Positions 1 to 8,800 of a stretch of 64,000 nt of DNA are shown here, one piece after another. The notes beneath the pieces are model-generated. The model did not search any database. It saw only the letters and a list, made by a program, of their open reading frames with translations, and had not been told where the DNA came from. Source of the DNA: a virus (Duplodnaviria; Caudoviricetes); the IMG/VR virus record IMGVR_UViG_3300042465_005116, positions 32,001 to 96,000 of that record, one strand, 5' to 3'. Position numbers and translations under genes: made by a program. Numbering within the stretch: the first letter of the stretch is position 1; every line of letters begins with the position of its first letter.

Positions 1-779
1 TCTTTACCAATAAAGCATCCACCTTCACATTTACTTCCACCATAAGTTTTACCTTTTTGTAATGATGCTTCGTTTACTGATTCAAATAATGCTCTGTCTC
101 CACTAATATCCTGTTTATCAAAATATGCTATTTTCTTTTTACCTTTTTCTATTTGATATACCTTCCATCCTTTGTTGGTTGGTTCAATTAGTTCTATCTC
201 AATATTTGGATTATGTTTATGAGTAAGTTTATCTCCTGATTTATTTGCTTCGTTTACTGATTCTTTTAGTTTACTTACATAATCTGCTACAACATCATTA
301 ACTGTCTTTTGTATCAATTGTAAGTATTTTGGGTCATCTTCGGTTCGTACTCTTACAGCGGTTTTACCCTGTTGTGTTAATTTTAATGCTACCTTTCCAT
401 TAGCATGTGTTAAATTATAATGCCTAACATCTAATGTATAGTTTTTAAGTTTTTCTGCCATTTTTAAACCAACAGATACATCTGCATGACCTAATTTTTG
501 TTGTGGTAAACTCGATGCGGGGGTTGTACTAATAATATAATCCGGTGATTTGAATTTTGCTTCATTTACCGATTCATCAATATTATTAATATCATTATTT
601 ACTAATGTATAACCGAATTGTGTTGCAGTTTTTTTTCTTTTTTTATCAGAATTTTTACCAGAAAAGGCATGAGGAGTATCATAGCCATCAACATTACCTG
701 TCACATTGGCTTCATCTAATTCATCTTCGACTTCCTTAATAAGTTCGTCTATAAAAGATTTAATATTTTTTTCTGACAT
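1..779 (-). CDS. Hypothetical head-region protein, runs off the left window edge (missing from ORF track)
   Basis: ATG at 779-777 (MSEKNIKSFIDELIKEVEDELDEANVTGNVDGYDTPHAF...). Manual translation of the start and of internal segments shows an open frame with ESVNEA three times. Overlaps the stop of 760..1629. Confidence 0.7.
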   Translation of the reverse strand, partial: MSEKNIKSFIDELIKEVEDELDEANVTGNVDGYDTPHAFSGKNSDKKRKKTATQFGYTLVNNDINNIDESVNEAKFKSPDYIISTTPASSLPQQKLGHADVSVGLKMAEKLKNYTLDVRHYNLTHANGKVALKLTQQGKTAVRVRTEDDPKYLQLIQKTVNDVVADYVSKLKESVNEANKSGDKLTHKHNPNIEIELIEPTNKGWKVYQIEKGKKKIAYFDKQDISGDRALFESVNEASLQKGKTYGGSKCEGGCFIGK

Positions 780-1629
780 TGGTTATTTCCTTTATTAATT
801 CATATGATAGCATCAACGCTGAAACCTGTTCATCCGTAATTTTTTTTCCTATCTTTTGTGTTTTTAAAACATTGATAGTTTCTTTTAATTTAATTTTTGT
901 GATTTTATCATTAACTTCGGAATGTAATTTGTGAAGTTCAGTTACTACTTTCTTTAATTGTGAATCGTAGTATTCACCGAATTTAGATGTATTATTAACA
1001 TTATTAATAAATTCTCTTAAAAGACCTTTTTGGTCGTCGTTTAAGTTAGTGTATTTACTATTAAATGTTTCAACTAGTATTTTATATGTCAACAATCTCA
1101 AATCCTTTTCTTGATTCTTATATGTTTCCATTAATTTATCTTCAATCTTCTTAATAGATGTTTGGGTTGTAGATACGTGTTCTACTAATGTAATCTTAGC
1201 ATCAAATACATCCTTAACATTAGTTACATCTTGTATCTTTGCTTCAAAAATCTTATGAACCGATGCTAATACTCTATAATTAGAAACAGGAGAAGCAACA
1301 AATTCTTCAATATCGAAATTTTCTTTAATAGCTTTTACTAAGTTATACTTTTCTCTTAATAATTTAGTTTCATCTAATTTAGTACGAGTTTCGATAATAG
1401 CATCAATAAATTTTTCTGCTTTACTTTCTGAATTATATTTTTCAGTTGTAAGTAAATTGAATAAACGCAATTCCTTTGCTAATTCGGTTTTACCACCAAA
1501 AAATTCTTGTACTATTTTTTTAGCCTTCTCAACTGGAGCATTATTTAAAATCTCCAATGTGATTTGACGAGTTAAGAGTTCAAATAAAAACCCTGTATTT
1601 TTAAATTTCGAATGTTTAATTTTTTTCAT
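760..1629 (-). CDS. Hypothetical alpha-helical protein downstream of portal (head morphogenesis region)
   Basis: 289-aa ORF directly after the portal gene with the recurring upstream motif at 1671; no recognisable catalytic motif. Confidence 0.7.
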   Translation of the reverse strand: MKKIKHSKFKNTGFLFELLTRQITLEILNNAPVEKAKKIVQEFFGGKTELAKELRLFNLLTTEKYNSESKAEKFIDAIIETRTKLDETKLLREKYNLVKAIKENFDIEEFVASPVSNYRVLASVHKIFEAKIQDVTNVKDVFDAKITLVEHVSTTQTSIKKIEDKLMETYKNQEKDLRLLTYKILVETFNSKYTNLNDDQKGLLREFINNVNNTSKFGEYYDSQLKKVVTELHKLHSEVNDKITKIKLKETINVLKTQKIGKKITDEQVSALMLSYELIKEITNVRKKY

Positions 1630-1670
1630 TGTATTTTAAATCCTTATTTTGATAGACTCAAATTTCTATA

Positions 1671-1678
1671 TATAAATA
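1671..1678 (-). promoter_or_regulatory. Recurring intergenic motif TATTTATA (sense strand), candidate late promoter
   Basis: 42 nt upstream of ATG at 1629; same motif precedes 12 minus-strand gene starts. Confidence 0.55.
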
Positions 1679-1697
1679 TAAAAAATTCTAAGTTAGA

Positions 1698-3428
1698 TTA
1701 ATTTTCCGTATCATCGATAATATTAGTTTCATCTAACATATCTTTAGTTTCGTGTAAATATTTCTTTTTTGATGAAATCCCATTGATGTAATTCATTGCT
1801 TTTGTTTCAGATGTTCTACTTCTCTTTGAAGTTCTCTCATCATCACCTAATGGGTCTCTTCCATAAGGATGTTTGTCTTTACCATAAGTATTACCTTCGC
1901 GGGGTCTACCACCTTTATCCTTCAATTCTGTTTTAAGATTTTCTAAACTTTCTTCAACATCATTTTGTTTTGGAGGGTTTGCAGGGTCATTACCATCGTT
2001 TTCTATTGAGTTATAACGGAATGTATCTTTTAAATCCTCAACCACTTTACCTCTTTGTTCAGTTTGTTCTGTTTCTGATAATTTAAATATATTTTCATAT
2101 ATCCAATCTTTAGATAACATCTTTAAACTTTGCATATCAGTTGCTAAACGGATTTTCTCACTCCATAAGTTTACTTTCTCTTGTTCGTAGATTGTAGATG
2201 GGTTAACTAATCCAATTTCAAAATTAGTCATTTCAGAATCTTGAATACCATTACCATATAAGTGGATAACTGCTATTTTAGATAATTCTGAAGTAATTGT
2301 TCGTTGGATTCTTTCGATTGTTCTTGCAAAACGTACATCTTCTGCTGCTAGGGTTGCTTTACCATTTACATTTTCATCATATCCCAAATATGCTTTAGGA
2401 ATTTTTAATGCTGCAAATAATTTAGCTTTTAAGTAATCAATATCTTCAATTGAAGCGTATTCTAATCCTGCTAAGTTTTCAATAGCAGTTCCACTATCAC
2501 CACCTCTTACTGGTAGATAAAAATCTTCCGTAAGGTTTTGCATATTATACTTTAAATTGTAATCACCACTTGTCTTATCTAAGAATGGAACTTTTTTCAT
2601 CTTATTGATAATCTTTTGCATGTAGTTATCAACTTCCGTTGGTGGAATATTACCAATATCAATTTTGAACACTCTTTTTTCAGGTGCTCTCATAATACGA
2701 TGGATTAACATAGCATCTTCCATTAGGGATAATTGTTTCCACAACCTTCTACCATTCTCAATCATTGATTTACCATAAGGTAACCAGTTTGTATCTGATA
2801 ATAAACGGAAATGTGCCATTTCAAAATTATCATACTCTACTTTACCGATTGGGTCTTCTTGTACTTTGAATTTAACAAGTGAAGTATTCTCAGGGTCATG
2901 TCCTTCTATTCTTTCAGTATTGTATTGTGAGTGTGGAGTAACGTTTACTATACCTTTACCTTCAGCAATCTCAAGTCCTAAAAAGAAATCACCATATTTA
3001 CACATATTACGTGTCCACGGCCATAAGTTAAATTCAACATTAAGAATATCATAGAAAAGGTTTTCTAATAATTCTTGTACTCTTTGATTATCTGAACGTA
3101 TTGTTAAAATATCACCAAATTCATTTTTAAGTGTAGATTCATCAGCGTAAATATCTAATGCAGATGCTATAATTGGGTCTTGGTCCATTGCATCAAAATC
3201 TCTAAATACTTCTCTACGAACTTGAGCGTATGCCATTGATTGTGCACCACCCGCTTGTTCATAAAAAGATTTTTGTATTTTTGTGTATCTATCTTTTAGT
3301 GAAGATAGATTTGTTTGTTGTTTTTCATCCGCATCAAAAACTTTTCGTTTTCCACTAGCATCGACAGTAACTATCGCCTTTGTTGAGAAAAGTTTTTTTA
3401 ACCGATTGAAAAATGTAGTATCTGCCAT
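1698..3428 (-). CDS. gp20: T4-like portal protein
   Basis: Motifs FDAMDQDPIIASALDIYADE, LMEDAMLIHRIMRAPEKRVFKIDIGNIPP, EDFYLPVRGGDSGTAIENLAG, LFAALKIPKAYL; adjacent to terminase. Confidence 0.92.
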   Translation of the reverse strand: MADTTFFNRLKKLFSTKAIVTVDASGKRKVFDADEKQQTNLSSLKDRYTKIQKSFYEQAGGAQSMAYAQVRREVFRDFDAMDQDPIIASALDIYADESTLKNEFGDILTIRSDNQRVQELLENLFYDILNVEFNLWPWTRNMCKYGDFFLGLEIAEGKGIVNVTPHSQYNTERIEGHDPENTSLVKFKVQEDPIGKVEYDNFEMAHFRLLSDTNWLPYGKSMIENGRRLWKQLSLMEDAMLIHRIMRAPEKRVFKIDIGNIPPTEVDNYMQKIINKMKKVPFLDKTSGDYNLKYNMQNLTEDFYLPVRGGDSGTAIENLAGLEYASIEDIDYLKAKLFAALKIPKAYLGYDENVNGKATLAAEDVRFARTIERIQRTITSELSKIAVIHLYGNGIQDSEMTNFEIGLVNPSTIYEQEKVNLWSEKIRLATDMQSLKMLSKDWIYENIFKLSETEQTEQRGKVVEDLKDTFRYNSIENDGNDPANPPKQNDVEESLENLKTELKDKGGRPREGNTYGKDKHPYGRDPLGDDERTSKRSRTSETKAMNYINGISSKKKYLHETKDMLDETNIIDDTEN

Positions 3429-3482
3429 ATTTTATTTTTTATATTAAAATTATATTATTTAATAGTGCATCTTATTATACAC

Positions 3483-3490
3483 TATAAATA
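3483..3490 (-). promoter_or_regulatory. Candidate late promoter motif TATTTATA
   Basis: Intergenic, 55 nt upstream of portal ATG. Confidence 0.55.
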
Positions 3491-3501
3491 TGTTGAATTT
3501 T

Positions 3502-5085
3502 TTATTTAATCAACCAAGTCAAATCTTCGTCTTGATTACCCACTCTCATTGACCACGGATTATCATCCATTGAACTACCACCATAGAAACCAGATTCTTG
3601 TATTTGTTGTTGAATTCCACCTAATGATTTGATAGTTAAATCAATTCCTTCCTGTCTTAATCTCAATGCGGTATCTCTAACCCATAGAGCAATCGATAAC
3701 GCCATCACTAAGTCATCATTGTATCCCCTCATTGCTTCTGCACGATTGTTGTTCCATATAAAGGTAAAAAGCTCCTCTATCAACCTATTAGAACGTATGG
3801 TGATAGATTTCTCTCTGAAGTAATCATCCAACTTTGAAATAATTAGAGGTCTTGTCTTAGATGTGGTTGAAAATCCTGCAACCATACCTCTTTCTTCCGC
3901 CCTAAACTTATTATGCATCTGATGTTCTACATCTACATACTTTAAATCCTTACTCATATAGAATAAGTTTTTATATCCTCTATCAATTACTTGCTGGATA
4001 ACTGCCCAACCAATATTTGCGTTCTCTATTACTAAAAGTGCTTCGTTATAATCAGTTGCTAAGGAAACTAAGAAATTTCCAAAATCTTTTGTATCTAATT
4101 TTCCTTTGTATTCTGCTACTTGTACCGAATTAACAATATCAATCACTTGTGCGGCGGAGTAATCCGTAGAATCTCCACGTGCAACGTCCGCAACAACCAT
4201 ATATGATTTTTGATAATCGGGATATTCCCATTTCCAAAGATTTCCATCAAAGCCAGTTTTTTCTAATGGTTCTTGTACAAAAGATTCTTTATAAAACATT
4301 AGAAGTTGTGGGTCTATGACACTATCACCGGATGATACGAAATCGCAATCACATTCCTGTGCTGCACCCTTTGCTCCCAAAAGTACTTGTTGTTCATCTC
4401 TCCATTCTTGATTTCTTTCGGGGTGAACCGTCCAATGTAAACGGACTGTATTGAATCCATTAGTTCCATCCTCTGCACCAACCCAAGTCCTATGAAAGAA
4501 ATTACCCACACCATTAGGAGTAGAAAGAATAATTGCATTACCACCCGTTGATAGAGTAGATTGTGCAGATATCCAAATTTCTTCAATGTTATCAATGAAT
4601 GCTGCCTCATCAAATACTAATAGGGATAGTGCTTCAGAACGACCAGCATCACCTGCTGCAGAAGTTGCTTTTGCCTGTGAACCATTTGAGTATCGTAATG
4701 AAAGTTTATTATCTTCAACTGTTGTTTGTTTTAACCAACTAGGTAAATATTGATTCATTACCCTAATTTTAGTAATAAGGTTTTTAGCAACTTCTTGTTT
4801 AGTTGCAATTACCAATACGTTAAAATCTTGATTAAATAACATTTTCCACAATGCAAATCCCGCAGTTAAGGTAGATATACCAGTTTGACGAGATTTTAGA
4901 ATGATGTTATATCGATGGTCTTTGAATTGTGTTAGTGTATTTTCTTGAAATGGATATAAATGAAATGGTATTTTACCGCGGACAGGGTGCTGAATCATAC
5001 AATACTTTTTCATAAAGTATATAGGGTCACCAGCACATCGTTGGTATTCTAATTTTATTATATCTTTTAATGAAGCACCTGCCAT
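3502..5085 (-). CDS. gp17: Terminase large subunit (T4 gp17-like)
   Basis: LYPFQ adenine-binding motif, Walker A region ILKSRQTGIST, Walker B LLVFDEAAF, LSTPNG, RNase H-like nuclease VADVARGDSTDYSA and DDLVMA. Confidence 0.95.
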   Translation of the reverse strand: MAGASLKDIIKLEYQRCAGDPIYFMKKYCMIQHPVRGKIPFHLYPFQENTLTQFKDHRYNIILKSRQTGISTLTAGFALWKMLFNQDFNVLVIATKQEVAKNLITKIRVMNQYLPSWLKQTTVEDNKLSLRYSNGSQAKATSAAGDAGRSEALSLLVFDEAAFIDNIEEIWISAQSTLSTGGNAIILSTPNGVGNFFHRTWVGAEDGTNGFNTVRLHWTVHPERNQEWRDEQQVLLGAKGAAQECDCDFVSSGDSVIDPQLLMFYKESFVQEPLEKTGFDGNLWKWEYPDYQKSYMVVADVARGDSTDYSAAQVIDIVNSVQVAEYKGKLDTKDFGNFLVSLATDYNEALLVIENANIGWAVIQQVIDRGYKNLFYMSKDLKYVDVEHQMHNKFRAEERGMVAGFSTTSKTRPLIISKLDDYFREKSITIRSNRLIEELFTFIWNNNRAEAMRGYNDDLVMALSIALWVRDTALRLRQEGIDLTIKSLGGIQQQIQESGFYGGSSMDDNPWSMRVGNQDEDLTWLIK

Positions 5086-5097
5086 TATTGTTTTGTA

Positions 5098-5757
5098 TTA
5101 AACGTAATGTTCACAATTATGTTCTTTTAAAATTTCGAACGCTTTATTACGGAATTCTTCTATTTTTTGTAATTCTTCCTTACCATTTGTAATAATTTCC
5201 ATTATTTCAGCACGAGTATCTTCTACTGAATTTGGTAATTCCCATTTTTCCGTAGTTCCATCCTCATTAACATATTCGTAATAAGGTTTCACATCATCAT
5301 GTGCTTGTTGGAGTTCTTCTAATTTTATTTTACCATCGATTATCATACGAGTGTATATTTTATAATCCTCGTATTGTTCCCATACTCCGGCAACTCGTAC
5401 ATTATGTTCTCTTTCCGCTAAACAATTGATACAATATCCAGTTTTTTTAATAACTTTCTTATGATTACTATTAATCTTTATTGTAGTACAATCTGGGTTA
5501 GAGCATCTTTCTAATTCTGCTATATATTTTCTGATTTCATCAAATGCTTCAGAGTTTTTAGAAGTTTTCATTGTGAATCCTTCTTTTTTCTCATATCTAT
5601 GATGTTCATCTTCCCAAACATCACCAACCTTTCGTTCTACGTTAGCGGTTTCCCATCCAACTGTGGTGTTTTTAGCATATTCACCACCGGTCATAACCAT
5701 ATCCACCAACTTCCTACGAGTTGGATGCATAAACTTTTTATTAAATTCCTTTGCCAT
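5098..5757 (-). CDS. Hypothetical protein with Cys cluster (CSNPDC...CINC), immediately upstream of terminase
   Basis: 219-aa ORF; four Cys suggest Zn binding. Confidence 0.65.
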   Translation of the reverse strand: MAKEFNKKFMHPTRRKLVDMVMTGGEYAKNTTVGWETANVERKVGDVWEDEHHRYEKKEGFTMKTSKNSEAFDEIRKYIAELERCSNPDCTTIKINSNHKKVIKKTGYCINCLAEREHNVRVAGVWEQYEDYKIYTRMIIDGKIKLEELQQAHDDVKPYYEYVNEDGTTEKWELPNSVEDTRAEIMEIITNGKEELQKIEEFRNKAFEILKEHNCEHYV

Positions 5758-5789
5758 TATTATATATTAGGTTTTTATTTTAATATATA

Positions 5790-5797
5790 TATAAGTA
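5790..5797 (-). promoter_or_regulatory. Candidate late promoter motif, TACTTATA variant
   Basis: Intergenic, 33 nt upstream of ATG at 5757. Confidence 0.45.
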
Positions 5798-5810
5798 TAT
5801 ATAAAATAAA

Positions 5811-8800
5811 TTATGCGTAAAAAATACCCAATAATTGATTCAGAGAGGCGAATGCTCCTGTTAATTTGAATGTCTGTCCGTTATATACAAATACAATTCC
5901 TTCGATTGGTACGATTCTTTTAGCACCACCAATTGCATTTAATCTTTTAAGTTCTAATTTTAGTTTATCTATCTTCTTAGGGTCTCCACTTGCCTGAACA
6001 TCCTTTATAGTTTGTTCTAAACGTTTCTTCATATCCCTTAGAGCGGAATCTGGATTAACTGTTAATACCGATGCGGTAAATTCTAATACATCTGCCCCAA
6101 CTCCTAAGAAAATATCTTCAAATTTCATTAAGTTATCTTTTGAAATACCCTTATGGTCTTCTTTATCTATCTTAGTAGCCCATGCAAGAGTTTTTTCATC
6201 CTTAATTGAATTCTTATCAATACGAAATCCCTTTTCGTTAAACGCCCATCTCTTAACTAACCCCATTTTAGTGGCGTTATCTAATGTAGTTGGTGTTTTC
6301 TTATCTACAAAGTTCTCCCACCATGCTTGATGGTAATCGGCAACACCTGCAGTATCTCCTAATCCAAATTCTTTTTGTAATTTAGATATCATAGTAAGAT
6401 ACTTACCTTTCTTAGATGATAGGTCTTGTGATTTTGGTAACTTTAATACCGGTGGCCCTTGTAGTGTATACTTTGATTGAACATCTGCGTTTACTTGTTT
6501 AAGCATTCCACCCAATACTCTACCTGCTTCTGCCGATTCCCCTATTGCATCACCATTCTCATCGTACTCCATTGTTCCGTGAAATACTAATAATGGTTGT
6601 CCGTAAGGAATGACGTTGACTGAGGTAGGATATATCACCTCTATGTTCATAAAACACGAACCATTCTTAAATACCTTATCTTTTTGTGATTGGGATAATG
6701 ATTTTATAGCATTAGATAGGTCTTTCATCGCAAAATTGTAGGCATCAGTTAATTCACCTCTACCCGCAAACTTATCTGCTACTCCGTTGATATCTAACGC
6801 CCCTGCACCTTTGTTTTTCAAATGTGATTTGTTTCTTGCTGCTACTAATCTACCATCTATCCAACTAATTGCTAATGCTTGACCATCGGTTTTCTCTCTA
6901 GCAAATTCTAAGTTACCATCCAATGCACGATTTACAATATCTTTAAGTTGACCAAATGTTAAATTGATTTCAGTATCAAACGGATGATTCATATGTCCAT
7001 ATGCACCACCTTCCATTATTAGGGATTCATTTATTGATTCCGTATTTAAAGATAATAAATCCCAATCTAATTCTTTACTATCAAAATCAATGCCATTACT
7101 ATAAACATCTTTTACTATTACACCTACTTGTTTCATTTGGTTTGCTAAATCCTTAACAACATTTGGTTTCATATTAATAAGACTTACCGAACCTGCACCA
7201 TTATATTCATACCCACTTCCCTCATATTTACGGAAACCTCTTACACTAGTACTATATGATTCTACTTTTTTTATACGATTCTTTTTAAAAATAGCATTTA
7301 TTTCTTTTTTTACAATATTTCTTTCAGCTTCATTTATAGATTCAGTTGTGAATACAGGAGTAGATGATTTGAAATCAGCTTTTCTCATTACCGTCTTAGC
7401 AATCAATCTATTAGCCACTTTAATAAATGCTATATTGATATTTGATACTCTATCTTTAACTACAAACTCTTTATATTGTTTTAGGAACTCTAAAAATTTC
7501 TTTTTGTTTCTAGCCAATCTTTTGAATAATCCTGTTAATTCTGCAGGAGATATTTCTTTACCATTTCGCGGGTCGTTTAACCTTTGAAAGAAATGGTCAG
7601 TTTCTTTTCCTAAATCAACATCAGTTGGATTCATTTGTGAATCGGCATATTTTTCAACCGCATCCATATCGGTTTTTGCCATTTCAACTTTAACTTTTTC
7701 TCTTAATACTGCACTTTGAGATGAATAAAAGTATCTATCAATTAATTTATTTTCTAATTTTTTAAATCCAATATTTTTATGACAATTATGGAATGGATTT
7801 TGTTGTTTCACCAAAAGTATTTGATGTGTTATCTCGTGTAATATTGCCCTTTCTATATCAGTAACCTTACTCAAATCAAAAGTAATATATTCTGGTATAA
7901 ATGTTTTAGTATCAAATGTAGTTGCAGCACCTGCACGACCAACTGAACCAAATTTAATTGCGATGGGTTTTATCTTTAAATCTTTACAAATTTCTTTGTA
8001 GTAATTTACAACACTTTCTTTTTTAACTTCGGTTAATGGTTCGTTAGGTATATCATCAACTTGTACCGCTATTTCCTCTAAATCATCTTGACCTGAATCT
8101 TTTACTTTAAAATTAGCTTTTTTATTATCGTATTTTCTCGAATGTGTTCTTGCCCAATCTGCGTAATTATTAACTGTTCCATCATAGTAATAATTTTCTT
8201 TAATATCACCCTTTTCATCTTTGTTAGAATTAAATGATTCTATTGCAGAAGCCATTACTTCATTTGGTATTTTTGCACTTTCTAATTTCTTACTTATAAT
8301 AGCTATGAATTTTAACATATCTGCATCTGATTCTTCCTCTCCTGCAAATAGTGCTGCTTTACCTGCACCTATTGCTATAGTTTCAACAACTATATGAGGA
8401 ATAAATTCCACCATTAAGTGTTTACCAAAAGCAGCAGCTCCATGTGCCAAACCACCACCAGCCGCACCAAATGTTGCTGCTAATGCAACTTTTTTAGCTA
8501 CACTAATTAAAGCCTTTTTTTCAGAATCAGAAACTTTACCACCACTAAAAAAGTTTTTAACACCACTACCGGCTTCTTTAAACAAATGAACTTCATGTTT
8601 AGCACCATGTTTAATTGCTTCTAATGCACCTTTAGCTTTGTCTTTAACTGCTTCTCCAAAACTTCTTCGTTCTGGTGATTCTCCCTTGTGTACTTTTTGT
8701 ATGAAAAATTGTTTTTCGTCTATACTCCAATTCTTTACACCATCTTTAATTTTTTGAAGAGCCATTGGAGCATTTTTATTTATATCTACCTTTGGAGTAT

